DNA from: Ancylonema sp.
Taxonomy: Eukaryota
Length of the DNA stretch: 64,000 nucleotides
Reading direction: 5' to 3'
Assembly (NCBI GenBank): GCA_050230475.1
Contig: JBFLGF010000210.1
Location: 1 to 64,000, forward strand
Positions within the stretch are counted from its first letter, which is position 1. Every line of letters starts with the position of its first letter. Of the stretch, positions 24,701 to 43,491 are shown piece after piece. The notes below the pieces were generated by a model. It was given only the letters and a program-made list of their open reading frames with translations. It made no database searches and was not told the DNA's origin. A program made the position numbers and the translations under genes.

Positions 24701-26764
24701 GGATGTCGGTGGTGCGCTGCTGACCTGGCGCTGACGTCATCCACCGTCGACGCCTCCCTCTGACGCATATTAGGAGAGGGACTGCTCTGAAAAGATTAAA
24801 AAAAATAAACCCGCCGATTTTGGTCGTGAATCTCGTATGTATAAAGTGACAAATCATAAGCTTCCGCATTAGAGTGAGAGCCATTATTAAAAAAAAAACG
24901 AGTGAGCCATAAGGATTTCAATAGGAAAATCTGGGTGTTTGCGGAGCAGTAGGACTCCCAAGCTCCCTCATCTTGTCCAACATCGTCGCTTCCTCATCGC
25001 ATCATATATATGACATCGAGAAGAGAGTAGTGAGAATCCGCGCCATGTAAGAGTAGACATAGCCTCTAGCTGTATGGATGCCGATCACCAAAGTGCACAA
25101 AAAACGGGGTTATGAAGATAGCTGACTTGAGAGGTTGTAGAAGGTTTTCATTAGAGGAGGGTGTTTCGAGAGGGCATTGTTCTCGTGAGAGAAGGCGTGA
25201 CCTCTTTTGGATTCGGAATATGAAAAAAAAAACTTTCTAAACTAAGGGGTAGGTGTAGGCGCTGACATTATGTATAGTTATAGATTCAATGTGCGAGGGT
25301 ATTTTTTACAACAAATGTTGCTGTTCAGGTTTTGTGACTTGTTTCAATTCATGTGTGAGCACATGAGGTGGATACCCGTTAGACGATGTCGAGCGTTCTC
25401 GTGTTTGGGTTGGTAGGGGGGGTTAATTTGAGGAATACTAGTCTTGTCAATTCGAGTTCAGCTACAATTTTGGTTATTTATGATCAACCCGGTTTCTCGT
25501 TTGATCTTCATTTAGTCTCTCGTTTTTTTTTTTTTGCTCTCATAGTTTTGAAACAAAATGTGGAATAGCAATGAGTCGCGAATAGCAATGCAAGATACAC
25601 GGATGTGTAAACAAAGAAACAAACCACACGTACTAGATACAAACATCTCTAAACATAGATGCACTCGCTGGAAATTTTGCTTTAATAAATTGCCTTTTCA
25701 TTCCATATTTGACGTGATAATTGCGACTGTAGGATTTGACCTCCAATTCTTCTTGTGCAGTAAATAACGACGTGTATTGCTTCAAAGAACGATAGCATTT
25801 TGCGACATTTTCCTCATTCGTTAAGAATTCATTCCACATGTTCAATGGAACGCAAAGAATTAGGCTTCTTTTTTAAGATTTTCCTAGCGACCAAAGTGAG
25901 ATGGCCAAATTGACATCTACAAAGTGGTCAAGCCATCCAGTGATCAATTGGGGAAGCACACACAAACTCTTTTGTCGACACAGTTTCGTATGCAATGCCA
26001 ATGCATGTCGAACAAATCGTGACTTCCATGCTTTTTATAATAGTTATACCATTTACATACTTCGAGAGTGAAAAAACGAGGGCAACATCATATGATAAAC
26101 CTCACACAATATGCACAAAGAATGTGAATCATTGTTTGCAAGCTTTATTCGGAAAATATGATTCTTCCTCCATCCAAGTGAAATACATGTTGAAAAGGAG
26201 TTGCACAACAACATCATTTGTCAAGCCCAAATTGATCATCAAATGCTTTTCCGCGCCTCAAATCATGTTTCGTCTCATCATCCCCATATGGAAGCGATGA
26301 ACAAATATGGAAAACGAAAAACCATTTACAACGTTTAGCATGTACGATCCAAAACGAGTTCAAAAAACAAACTTTATACAATACATACGAGTTCAAACAT
26401 CAAGTTCTCTCTTGGTCTTTGAGAAGATCAAGTTAATCTAAAAGCTACATCAATATTCTTCTAAAAAGCACCAACAAGCAGCTCTTGCATGCTTCCCCTT
26501 TTCACTCATACTTGCTTCTTCTATACATAGCCTCAACAAAAGTACATATCTTACTCGATTTGGTCCGCAATTCTTCCACACAATCACTCCTCTATCAATT
26601 CCGGTCCATCCAAAACATGCATTCCATCTTTTGCCTCCTCATCCCGCTAGAGCTTCCATCCTTTTGAGAGGATGACGGCGGCTGATCTACGCGCAACCCG
26701 ATCCCGATCGAATCGGATACGTAATCGAATCGAATTGGTTGCCTTGCTTGAAAGGAGTGTGCCT

Positions 26765-29700
26765 TTAGGCCACACTCGGCCCTGCATTGAGGATTTGTTG
26801 CGATAGCTCGCTATCTCCCCCCACGCTGTACCCGCTAAATTTTTCGAAGTTGGTTTTGAATAGCCCCGCCAACTTCCCCAACGTCTTGTTGTACGCATCC
26901 TTGTCACTCCACTGCGGTTTACAACGGCAAGAGTTACGACGGAAACGGTTACAACATTCCATTATGTTTGAATGATACGGAGGCATCTATGTATGTCTAG
27001 ATTCCATTCAATTGTGTGCACATCGACATGACAACTCGTGTTTGCTCTGTGCAAATCTTATCCTTCTTACCTCCCCCTTCCCTTTCACATCACAATTATC
27101 TTTTCTATGTGATTGCTCCAAGACCACTCTAAAAATTTCAACTCATCAACTACATTCCAAACCCCTACAACAGGAAAACCAAACAAACCCCCATCTCCGC
27201 TCCTCGTTAAAAAAAAAAAAAACTCCTTCCCTCTCCCCCCTATATACCGTGTTTTGGGGCAGAAGCACATCTGACGGCACTCCCTCGACTGAGTGCGGCA
27301 CGTGGAGGCCAAAGGTGGGCGTGACACTGTAGTTGGCGCGGAGTAGAGAGCCCGAATGGATCGCGTCGATGATTTTCCGCGTGTGAGCCAGCTTCATGCG
27401 CTCACCCGTGCCGTAGCTGCAGCCCCCATCCCAGCCCCCACCCGCCCCCCTTCTGGCTGTTGGTTTTGTTCTTAACGATATTAAAAGGAAGAGAAATGGA
27501 GGATTGGTGGGTGGATACAAAGGCAGGTACGGATGATTTTTCGATGCCACTTCTTTGTAAAAATGACATCCATTCCCCCACTTGCTTAAGAATACGCTCC
27601 CTACGAGCGCCCCAACACCACTCCAAATCCCCCAAAACTACTCACAAACTGACACCCACAGACATTCACAACCCCTTTTCTGTCCCTTAACACAAACAGA
27701 AAATGCTGCCATCATCCCTTCTTACTCCACCCCCCCCACCCCCCCCACCCCAGCCCCCCAGCCCCCCAGCCTCTCCCCCCTCTCACCTTCCTCCCACCCA
27801 CCCCGTGTTGACCAGCCACGCGGAGGCCCCGTGCTCCCTCATCTTGTCCGCCAGCATGCCCGCGTACTTGGTGGGGTGCCACATGATGAACGCCGCGCCG
27901 AAGCACGCGGAGAAGGTGGCACTGGGCTCCTTCACGCCAACCTCCGTGCCAGCCACCTGGGATGGGGGGGGGGGGGAGGAGAGGAGCTGGGTGAGGGAGA
28001 TTGGGAAATTGGGTGTGTGTGGGGGATGTGAGTGTGGAGGGGGATTAGGGCAGCAAGGGGGGGAGTGGTTTTTGAGGTGGGATGGGGGATGGGGACGCGC
28101 CAAGCGGTGGGGTGTGAAGGGAATGGTTCCTGCTGACAGCTCATGGCTCATGGCTCATGGCTCATGGCTCATGGCTGAAGCAAAACATAGATCGATAATT
28201 CGAGAGTTCGAAGTATAAGGATAGTCTGGTATTTCCTGAATTCTTGCTTTATTAAATGGAATGAAAGGAGAGGGAGAAAGATGAGGGGAGACTTGCAGAT
28301 GATCAACGATTCTACCACTTCCTCATTTTGTTCCCTTCTTTCCTCACGACCCTCTCTCCCTTTCCTTTTACCATTTTGACACCCCATCTTATTTCCGATC
28401 TCGACCTAAATATCCTAATCTCCCCCCCACTCGTTCGAACTCCCCTTCCCCTCCTTTTTATTCCCATCCCCCCCCCCTTATTTTCTTTATTTTCTTTCTA
28501 TCCGTCTCACTAGTGCGGTGTAGCCGCTGATGAAGTGGTACATGGTTTGCGGCAGGGTGAGCTTGGACACGGGGGGCAGAACGCCGAAAGCGTCGCAACA
28601 GAGCAGGATGATGTTGCGCGGGTGGGGGCCGACGCACGGGATGCGTGCGTTGTGTATGTACTCGATGGGGTAGGCGGCTCGGGTGTTCTCTGAATCATTA
28701 CGAAAGGGTGGGGGTGGGGGTGGGGAGGTGGGGAGTGGTGTATAGAGGGTTGCACTTGAGAGTTGAACAGGGTAGAGAGATGGTTGGAATGAGCAGAATA
28801 GAAGGGGTGGAGGGGTGAAAAGGGTAGTCTGGTAGGCTGTGGAATCTTGAGGTATTGGTGTTGTGACGACTTCCAGAAATGGAGCGTTGGGGGTTGAGTA
28901 GTGTTTCTTGTATCGGCAGTGTGCATGTCTTCTCCTTTGCTTTTGTGCATGATATCAGTCCGATTTGGTTCGAATTTCAGATGCCTATTCGGTGGGAAAT
29001 ATCGGAGATAATCAATACAAATGCAAGGTCTGCAACCCCCCCCTCTTTTTTTTTTGGGGCGAATCGGAGGACAGACTGACACTGTGGTGACATTCGGCAC
29101 CACTTTTTTGTTAGAGGGAACATTTTTTCGTTATAGGTAACATTTTTTCGTTGTAGGAAACGTTTTTTGTTTTAGGTAATTTTTTCTGTTATGAGGAATA
29201 TTTTTTTGTTCTAGGTAACATTCTTTGTTGTGCGTACCAAATAATTTTGTTCATGTATCGTGTCTCACCTGTAACCGATTTGTCGTGGAAGTCGATCTCC
29301 CTCGTGTGCTCGTCGAACACCACGTTCTCCACCACTTCAATATAATAAAACATTAAAACATTATTAAAACAGAGGGGTCCACTCCCCTCATGTGATATTC
29401 GAAATATTTAAATTCTTCTGCAGTACTCAGAGGATTTTTTTAGTCACATACATGCTTCATACAAATCATGTTGTTGATCGTACGTATTGCGTATCAAATT
29501 ACTTGTTAATTATGGCCATACCTACTCATTAGTCTCATCACTTATCCACCTCTACATAGATAAATCATCCCAACAATCATTACCCCATTCCACATTTTAA
29601 CACATCTAAAGTCCACAACACTTAAGTCCATACTCCCGATGCAGTATACAACATCAATGTGCCTTTCCAAAAAATCAACATAATGTATTACACTCTCAAC

Positions 29701-32349
29701 AATTTGCCTTTTATTAACATATTGATTTTACCTCCCCTTCTTAAAGCCCGCCGCCCCCTTTCTACCCCCCTCCAAAAAAACAAAAAAAAACAAAAAAAAA
29801 CTCCTTCCCGCCTCCCCCACCTGTGCCAAATTTGATGGCGTTGAAGATATCTGGCTCTTTTTCCCGTACCAAATCCGCGCATTTTGCGTAACACCCCCCC
29901 TCGATGTTGGAGACGCCGTTTTTGGTCCAGCAGTGCTCGTCATCGCCGATGAGGTCGCGGTGGATGTCGGTTGAGAGAGTGGTCTTACCTGTGCCTGGGG
30001 GGGGATGGAGGAGAGGTGGCAAGGGGGTGGGGGATGTGAGATGTGTCAGGTGGCGTCTGTGGGGGGAGGGGTTTGTGGGGGCTTGTTTTGGGGTGAGAAT
30101 GAGAGCAATCGACATGTGATGTTTATTCCGTTTTTTTTTCGTTTTCGGTCGAGTTCTATTTCTGATGAAACTCCAAAGATGTGATTTTTATTCTTTATTT
30201 TTTTGGAAGACTCAGCACCCCTTCTGCTGTGATCTACACAACAGGTTTTGCAAATGCTTTCGGAAATGTCGTAGCCTCCAGCCTAGAAGGAATAGAATAG
30301 AACCGTTTTTTTTTTTGGTGTTTTTGTACCTCGTCTTCTCACTACACCTTCCAACCGACCATCCATACCAGATTGCTCACTTTCCAAAAATATAGCTTAC
30401 ATAAAATCCCAAAACCCCTGTATCCCTATATCCTAAGACCCCCCACCCCTTCCCCCCCACCCCTCGCTCCCCCTCCCTCCCTCCCTCCCCCTCACCCGAC
30501 AGCCCAAAGAACAGCGCCACGTCCCCCTCCTTCCCCACATTACACCCTGAGTGCAGCGAGAGCACGCCCCTCTTGGGCATGAGGTAGTGCATCACGCTGA
30601 ACAGCCCCTTCTTCATTTCCCCCGCGTACTGCGTCCCCAGAATCACCATCTCCCTCCGTCTCAGGTTGAGGTCTACGGAGGTGGAGGAGGTCATGTAGTG
30701 CGTGTAGCGGTTGCAAGGAAAGCTGCCCGCGTTGTAGATAGTGAAGTCGGGAGATCCGAAGGACTCCAGCTCCTCGGCAGTGGGGCGGATGCACCTGGGG
30801 GGGGGAGGGGATGGGGGGGGGGGAGAGAGAGGGAAAGAAGGGGGTTGGGTGAAGGGGAACGGAGGGAAAAGGAGGGGGTGAGGTGGCATGGATGAGGGTT
30901 GAGGGTATGTTGGAAACACTTGTGTGTGTGTATGTGTGTGGAAGGGTGTGTTTTGAGGTCGATGTGTGTTGAAAGTTTGGGGGACGATAGAAATCGAAAG
31001 AGAAAGGGAAAGAGAAAGGGGGATTGAAAAAAAGAAAAAAAGAAAAAAAGAACAAAAGAAAAAAAACGTAGAAATATGAATAATTATGTGATGGTAGTTG
31101 TGCGTGCTTGTGTCCCGCCTCTGACTGGTCCTGATGCAGAGTGATGATCTTGTAGCGGCAAACTGGTGCACCAATTTCGTTGAAGATTTCGGGCGAGGTT
31201 CACATCTCATGGCTTCCGTTCCCATTGCTCACTACATTACCTTCCTTATATTCTTCGACAGCCACACACACAAATTAAGAAGCATGACATGTGTACACGC
31301 AGGCATCCCGACACCGACAGTTTTCGAATGCATGCATTCATGCATTCAGGCAACTTCTCTCCCCCTCCCCTTTCCCCCTCTCAGTTTCTCACATGTTGTG
31401 CATGAAGAGGGAGTGGTAGGCTCTGGCGGAAATTATGCGCACTTTGAGCCTGTGCTGGGGGTCCCAGTTCAGAAACTGGTCGTTCACGTACACCTGAAAG
31501 GGACAGAGGCTATCGGATTTGTTTGGGGTTGTTTGGGTTTTTTTGGGTTTTTTTTTGGGGGTTTTTTTGGATTTTGTTTGGGTATGAAAATAAGGGGAAA
31601 GGGGTAAGGGGAAAAGGGGGACGGAAAAATTTGGATTTGGAAAGGGCATGTATAGATGGGATGTCTTGGACGAGAAAGAGAGAAGAGGGAAGAGATGAAA
31701 GGCAGGAAAAATGGGGGGGGGGAAAAAAAAATGAAAAATTCAGAACTGTGAAAGGGTTTTCATTCTGCACCCAACCATAGTCCTCCTTTTCCCAAAATGC
31801 CTTATTTCGCCAAAGCAAAACGCGCATACATTATCACGGACATGTATCATCATATACGTTTATACCAATTTCGTTATATGTAGCGAGACTGCCACGTGGC
31901 ATCAGCAGAGACAAGGTCATCCGACCTTGTCCAGCGAGTTGAGGTAGTCCACCGCTCGCTCCCGGTTCATCAAAAAAGTCTGCTCATCCATCTCAATGTT
32001 GGGGGAACCCCTGAAAATCAATAATTTGAAACGCACGATGCGATGAGAGAGCGGTAGTCGAAGTACACCTCCATCGTTTTCTGGTTTTCTTCAGTCTGAA
32101 TTTGACCGTTGCTTTTTTTTTTCGTGTCTTTTTTTTCTCTTGTATTCTTTTGTGTCGAGTGGAGATAGGGGAAGTGAAACGTCCATGTCTGTCGTGATTA
32201 ATTTGATGCGTCAACGCACATCATGCGTCCCAATGTTAGGACCAAGTTCCCCATGCCCCCCTTGTTTTAAATACCAATCCCAGCAGGTTCAAAGGTAACA
32301 ATGATGATGATGATGATGATATTGATGACGATGATGATGGTGATGATGG

Positions 32350-32380
<31 letters not shown>

Positions 32381-33643
32381 ATTGATGACGATGATGGTAA
32401 TGATGATGATGATGATGTCAGTGATGATGATGATGGTAATGATGATGCTGATGATATTGATGACGATGATGGTAATGATGATGATAATGATGATGATGAT
32501 AATGATGCTGATGATAATGATGTCAGTAATGATGATGATGGTAATGATGATGTCAGTAATGATGATGATGGTAATGATGATGATAGAAATGATATGGTAA
32601 TGATGATGCTGACGTACTTTCCCCACCACAGGTCCTTCTCCGAGGAAGCTTCCTTGACCACCCTCTTATCTTTGGGGGACCGACCCGATTTGGCCCCTGA
32701 CAGCGTAGCCAGCGCGCCGGTAGAGGTGATGTACGACCCCTTCTCGTTTTGAAGGGCTTGCTCATACAACTCTGGGAGAAAGGAGGGGAATGAGATGGGG
32801 TGTGGGTGCGGCTGATTGGATAAAATGAAAGGATGTTATTGTATGTTGTGTATTATTTTCGTTCGTGCTTCATTTGAGTCACCATTTTAACAGAAGAATT
32901 ATTCTTTCGTTGCCGTCAGTGCAATTGGTGAGATGTGAAATTCATGCGCGCATGTGAGCATGATCATCACATTTAAACTGCCAGGGCAATCATGGCTTTC
33001 CATCAAGGACTGAATGAACCTGAATGCAAACTAACTGATGACTCACAGAAGACCAACCCAAAAAAAAAAAAAGTGGAAAAAAAAAAAAAAAGAGTTTTGA
33101 AAACAGTTGTCATGCTGTGAGACAACATTTCATATGATTGAATCTGAATAAAAAAAAGTGTGGTGCGCACCTCCCGGTGACAGGTTGTAGAAGACGTGCG
33201 TGACTTTGAGCGCGGAATCGGTGACCACCGGCCTCTCTGGCGCGCACACCTTGGGCTTCCCCGGGGGGGGCTTCGCTGCGTCACTCGACCGCACCACCTG
33301 GGGGCCTCTGGAGCGAGTCATGGACGCCAGAGAGTCGCTGGAAGAGAGGATGGGGGAGGGGGGATGGGATGGGATGGGATGGAATGGGGTGGGGTGGGGT
33401 GGAATTGGCTGGGAATCGGTGGAATCGGTGGGAGGTAGCTGCTATTATATTTGGTTGGACCGATTGGAGATACTTGTTTCACACGTGTTTTGATGACTTC
33501 CATCTCTTTGGCTGGTGTGAGCGAGTGAGTGAAGTAGGGGCGAGAGGCCTCATGCTGCCTACCCACTCCGAATTCCTGACATTGATGACTCGACACCGCA
33601 TGTCTCCATACATATACATAGATATAGACATATACATATAGAC

Positions 33644-33675
<32 letters not shown>

Positions 33676-33785
33676 GTACATACATATATATACATGTATA
33701 TACATGTATATATATATATGTACATACATATATATATACATACATATATATAAACATGCATACATACATATATATACATATGTAT

Positions 33786-33838
<53 letters not shown>

Positions 33839-34969
33839 TCTACATGTTTATGTCATCTTCTCCGCTCAATGTATATCTCTATTGTGAACACTCGAGGTTT
33901 GGTCACTCATGAGATGTAAAGCGTAGTCCACATCCTCTGCTGCATCTTCTGGTAAAAATAAAACACAATGTTGACAAGATCGAATACGAGTGTGTACATA
34001 CAATCAGCTGTTGGTCTCAAACATGCGATAGAACCACCAAATTTGTTGCCAGAAGTGACAAAGCATCACAAAAAAAAACCGAAAGCTGCACAATTTGTGC
34101 GTCAAATTGCAGGGACTATCACCTGATGGAGTCCATTTGCTTCCGCTGTTTCTCGTCCTCTGTCAAAAAAGTTGCCTTTCCTTCTTTGGGAGTGGACGGC
34201 CTGGATTTCTTCTTCTGCAGAGCTTGCAGCTCTGCCATGGTCGACGCCTGCATCCGAAAACAACAGAGGATGTTAAATCAAATATAATGTTGGGATAAAT
34301 GTCACGACTCTCGGGATAAATTCCATACATGCATCTATGACATGATGATGATGTCACAAGATAGGCTGACATGCCAAACAGTCCGAATACATGTCGGTTC
34401 CTCTCATGATCATGAATTCCCCAACCTCCAATCCAATAATCACACCACCATCTAGCTCATACGATCAGGTTGCGCTGCACTAGTGCATATGCCGAATGCA
34501 TGAGGTATATTTATAACAGAAACGTCGCTCAATACGAGCACTCACCGCTCCTCAATTTCTAATCCGCTACCACTTTGAGTACAAGACAACCTATCCAGAT
34601 GGAAGATCCCGATTTCTCCTCAGCATCTCTTAACACGTCCATGCATCTTCGGAAAAAAAGATGCTGCCGTATCAAAATTCTGCATCATGGTGATGATCTT
34701 TGTAGTGATATTTCTCATGATAATAATTTTCTTATTAGTGTCTCTTTTATGATAGCAGAAGTCCTCACCCACTTTTCAAGCTCACTACTGCTTTGATGAT
34801 AAGAAACGGGCAATCGAACGGGAGTCACCTTCACATTCGGGGCAGTGTCATCCTTGCAATGGTCGGAACCGTTGCTGGTGTCCACATTGATTCTTGTAAG
34901 ACCAGCCGGGACTTCCAACACAGCCTGAGCACCGTTTTGGGCGGAGCGGACCTCAGGAGGGCCTGCCAT
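26765..34969 (-). CDS. PCK1: Phosphoenolpyruvate carboxykinase (ATP), about 658 aa, 13 exons
   Basis: Exons (minus): 34969-34829, 34247-34123, 33337-33171, 32771-32618, 32010-31926, 31493-31393, 30794-30496, 29994-29821, 29334-29269, 28689-28511, 27956-27787, 27416-27248, 26911-26765; total 1977 nt. Motifs [17 protein letters not shown]-loop [55 protein letters not shown]. Confidence 0.97.
29118..29230. repeat. About 19-20-bp degenerate minisatellite (AACATTTTTTCGTTATAGGT-like), intronic
   Basis: About 6 tandem units just inside a PCK donor site. Confidence 0.7.
32300..32610. repeat. (GAT)n trinucleotide microsatellite with higher-order variants, intronic
   Basis: Seen directly in PCK intron 4. 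Confidence 0.95.
33605..33836. repeat. (TA)n-rich microsatellite, intronic
   Basis: Seen directly. Confidence 0.9.
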
Positions 34970-36534
34970 GGTGATAGCTGATATCGAAGAAGGAGCAGAA
35001 ACGGAAAGTTGGAAGTAATATTGATAAAAGGCGGCTGAATACGAAATGCTTGGAAAAGCATTCGTGAAGTGACTAACCGCATACAGGCATAGTCATCAGC
35101 CTGCATCCTTTCGTTTTTCGAAGGTGGCGGAATATAGATGCAGCTTTAGTCAGATGTACCGTTCCAGGTGCCCTTTAATGTTGTAACAAATAAGATTAAT
35201 TCGTTAAGGTGCGGGCGTGGGCCACAATCAATACTCGTTTGTGAATGTAATTTTTATTTCTTTCAAATTAAATGAACATACCTTAGCGATTCGAAGCACT
35301 CGTCACTGGGGCTGCAGACGCTGGGGCCTGGATTGGCGAGATGAAAGAAGATGGGCTGACGGATAGTACTGGCGATATCGCAGATAAATTGAACTCGGCA
35401 GTCGTAGCTCCTTGTGCGAGCAGCCTGGACCGCAATTGTACTAGGGATATCCGGAGATTTTATTTTAAAGAGGTAAATGTATCAGTTATTCGATTTAACC
35501 ATGGTTGCCCCGACAACATACGTACAGCAACTCACAGCTCCTTCGTAGCCCGCAGTCTTCGCACGTGACAAAGGCGACTTCAGTATCAGTTGGAGCCCTG
35601 CCAGCTCGGATTTATTAGAATCGCCGTTGCCTCAGGGAACCACGGACGATTGGGCAATTGCGCCTCCTGACGTGTTGGAGCCCTCAGTGGGCGGCAACGT
35701 ACACGGATTGCTACTTTCAGCTGAACTGGACCATCGGGCTGCAAGGCTCCAAGTGGTGGGATTAAAACGGGTCGTACCGCTTTTCAGATATCCACGTCAG
35801 ACAACCACAACCACGTCACCCATTTACTCTTACTGCGATGTCCGCAACTTGCGGCTCAGAGTCTCGTCACGACTATACCACGTCAGCAATTAACCGTTCT
35901 CAAACACAGCCCCCAGCTGGGGGTGTCAATTGCGCACACCCACAGCCCAAGTGTGGCGGCTTTCCCCAACCGTATGGCCCTTTCATCCCAGCCCTGATTT
36001 CAATTCGGGCAGGATATTTTAACCCATTAACAGCTCCTAGCCCGTTCTGCGTGTTTGAAAGGTGGGCTATAATGAATATTCTTTGTGTATGTCGTCACAA
36101 GATACAAAAAACACCCATGATAAATAATTCTTGTAATCCAGATGAAATTATTCAAGTTCTACCTAAAATTGATGGCGTTATGTCCAGATCGTCCCCAAGC
36201 CCGCGGCTGGGGGGTTTTCAGATGGGGGCCACCCGCCCAAATTCACTTGATTGGTTACAAGCGGTTGGGGCGCAACCCTGCTCGTGCCACGCATCAGCTT
36301 TCTCCGCAACGGGCACGTGCGACTTGCATGCAGCGCTTGCTGTCTCGGAATAACCCTAGTCCTTCCCAAAACATAACTATACTCTCTCCCATGCCTACCG
36401 TCTCCCGGAAAGATCCGCTGAGGTTGCTCTGAAAACCTAATCTCTAGTGATTTCTTGCTCAGTCTAGTTGCTGGCCCGTCGCGATTATTCACAAGCCTAG
36501 AACGGACGCGAGGAATTAGTGGTGGCTCGGGGCG

Positions 36535-40069
<3,535 letters not shown>

Positions 40070-42289
40070 TGATTTGTACACATATTTGTCCACAAACGTT
40101 ATGTTCGGCTAGTATGACAAAGATGTATATTGTGATTTCGGCTTGGTTCTTGCTAGATTGTCAATAGATTGAAAAAAAATGGCCCTTTTTGTAAGTTGTT
40201 TAAGTTTTCCTTTGTGAATAACGAAATAATGTAGTAGTATTAAGCTCCGAAAAGAATTGTTGCTCTGCGTGATGCTTGATTCTCGGGTTGATCCTATGTG
40301 CGTATGGAGTTGACCTAGAAAAATGATAATTTGCGATTGTTGCAAATAAAATAAAGTTGTAAAAGCCTTGCTTTCAATCGTTTTGGATTCGTGGAGAAGG
40401 ACTCTTCCAAAAAATTGTCTGTTTTTTTTTTTTTCTCTCTCTCTTCATTCAACGGAATCCTTTAAAAATTGTCTTTGTATATAGGATTGTGTACCCACCA
40501 AAAAAAATAGGGTTGAGTGTATGAGTCAAATGGTGGGGGATGGGTAAGGGATTCATTTCCCCTTATTTCACACCACACTCCCAGAATTGGACTCACTCGC
40601 TAGACTAGTGAAATATTTTCCTCAGTATGGATAGGACTGGATACATGTAGCATAGCGTCGAAGGAATATTTACACTTGGATTGAATTCGAGGCCGGCAGG
40701 GACTAAGCTAGGTTGAGTTTGACGTCATCATTATACTGGCATCACATGATCACTTTTAACATGATGGATGTATACTTTCATGGTATAAATGGCACATATG
40801 CATCACTCTCTTTGTGACCTAAATATTGATGTGTTTGCATGTCCACGCAAGTATGTGCCCGCCATGGACAGAGAGTTTTTTCATGTACAACGCCACCCCG
40901 CGGTTGGGCTCTCCCCCACCCGCTGTCGGACCCCTTCCTCGCTACGATAGGACCCCCCCCTTCCACAGTTGGATGGCAACCCGCCCACCCAATCTGAATT
41001 CACGCCGGAGTGCGGATGGGCGGGCGGCCGGAAGGGCGGGTAGGCGGATGGTCCCCAAAAAAAACGACGAGGCACAAGTACAAGGGACAATTCTAGTGTC
41101 AATTACATCGAGTTTACGCGTTGGACAATTGTCGGCCAGTGGGCACCGCAACGATCTTAGATTCTGTTGCAGCCAGGAACTATACCGTGTGTAATCTTTG
41201 CACTCAGGCCTCATTCGGTTAGAGTGCACCTCCTAGATATGTTGTTTTTTTTCATTGGCAATCCCGTGTAATTGCCGATTTCCTGAGTGTGTTTGGTGGG
41301 CCTGTGCATTTTCCATTCTGTATTCAATTGGAATGCGCATCTGAATGTGTGATCTTGCATTCAGTATCGATACCTAAAACATCAACCTTTGCAACCTACA
41401 TAATCTAGGAGAAGATGGAGAAATGTAGGGAGCCGGACACGACCGAGTCATTGAGTATACTCTAGTACAAGTAGAAAAGTAGTTTAGTTACCTCTAGAAA
41501 TCACACTTCTCGTACATTTAGTCATCTAGATTCTTTTCATGATTTATAGATAATATTGACACCATCTCCCTTGTTTTAAGAGGCTAAATCAAGGAATTTG
41601 GCTTTGAGTGTCCCGAATCAAAAAATCCCTCAAATCGGTAGTTTTGGCCATATCAGCGTATCGCGTATTGACCTCCCGAATGTAATACGCTAAATTAGTG
41701 TATTACGACTTTAGCGTATTGAGTAGTTATAGCGTATTGGCGAATGCTGAATTGCACTCGAATATGATTTGTTGAAGTGAGTGTCATCACTTCATGTCAT
41801 GCCTACATTATTATCTCAAACACACATTCACACATACACACGGAACCAATTTTTACACATAAACATGCATAGGATATGCGTTGTGTCATAATGCGCCACT
41901 AAATAGAAACAAAAAAACTAGATTTAAAACACAGAAAAAAAGGTCACTAAACATACACTGGAAAATGAAGATGTGGATGGGTTTTCAAGGTGAGGTGTAA
42001 ACTATAGACAGCAAGTTTACATTTCAGTCTATGCAAGGGACAGGGAGATGGTGAAGTGCATGCCACAAACAAAGGAAAGGAAAAACACCCACACAATGGA
42101 GAGAACTTGCTCCTTGTACTTTTGCATTCAGAAACAAACATGCAAATTTGAAGTGAAAAGGGACGGCAGATGAAATTGGTCGAAGTATTTACTAGATCCG
42201 AAACTACGTGTCCTCATAATGCAACAAAAGACGATGTCACAAAAATACCAGACTAATAAGACGGCCTGAAATGTTAAAGCACACAAGGT

Positions 42290-43200
42290 GCTGTCGATCC
42301 ATATACGATCGTGTGCATATATGGTAGTTGCGCCGTCGGTTGCAGCCAAGAGTGCGTGCACTAATCTCTTGCGCGCTGATTCGCGATATAGCAGGTATGA
42401 CAATGTTGTAGCAGAACGGCGGGAAACCCAGCGGATTCTTAGGCGGCGTTGCAAAACGTCGCACGTTCATGCACCTGTCTGTAATGTGCAAGTAATGTGC
42501 AGTCGATGTACAGTACGGACCAAAGTCAGGATTGATATGATAGCAATAAGTCGTCACGAAAGTCATGTGTACGGAATACTTGGACAAGTCGTAATCATGC
42601 GAATGCTAGGCGACAAGTTAGTGAGCCGACACGTTGGCCCTAGCTGAGGACCTTACATTACATTTCTGTAACACTCTGATCCTTATCGTTTCAGAGTGTG
42701 CCCGTGTGGTGTTCGGCGCTTTCCTTGCACTCACTATGCATTGTTGTCGCTTTGTCTGCATCCTAGCTAGTACTTGCAATTCATGTCTTACTGCGATAGT
42801 AACGAGGTGCGGATCGACTGATTTGTCAGCCGATAGAGCTTACAGTCTCACATCATTCACATACATTACAATTTCGAGCACACATGTAAGGTACTACTCG
42901 GTACCTTACCTAGAGTAAATATAGTCAGAATCATTTTGCACATGGTGTAAAAGACATGTACGAGTTGGGCCCTTACACTCGATGATGTAGATGATGGGGA
43001 GAGATACATTTCGATTAGGCGCATAGCATGGGCATGCATGTGCAGAGTGCATTAGGCCACGCATGCGAGGTGGCACTTGTGAGGTGGCGTTCGTTATTAG
43101 GTGTAGTCACACGTGTGGGGAGACATGTGTCGATATGTTCGTTAGTGCGGTGGCATTACACATGTGGAAGTAGACGATGCTCGGTGGCACGACAGTGCGG
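42290..43200. repeat. Dispersed repeat family B, copy 1
   Basis: The reverse complement resembles 54165-54935, e.g. GAGGTGGCGTTCGTT, TTAGTGCGGTGGCAT, TTTGCACATGG, CCATATACGATCGTGTG. Ends approximate. Confidence 0.75.
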
Positions 43201-43491
43201 TAGGTGTGATCCCCTTAAAAAAGAGTGATGGTTTACTTTGCAAGTATGGACTTCACTACTTCTCACTACATAGCTATATCTGTTTACATCCCTACGAGAA
43301 CATCATATCGGAAAGCAGTATCCTTGTTACTTGGCTACATGACACAAATATACCTTGCTTGTCTATAAGCAACGTGAACAAAGCCACACACAAAAATACA
43401 CACAAGAGTGTTCTACATCGTCAAAACTGGTACGTTTCAAGTCTCCTCTGAACAACCTATGCGTAGATTGTTGTAAACTTGTAGTCTCTCA

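Noticed and set aside
32236..32629. Poly-Met, poly-Ile and poly-Ser ORFs
   Set aside because: They come from a (GAT)n microsatellite inside PCK intron 4; the exon ends at a GT donor after 32618.
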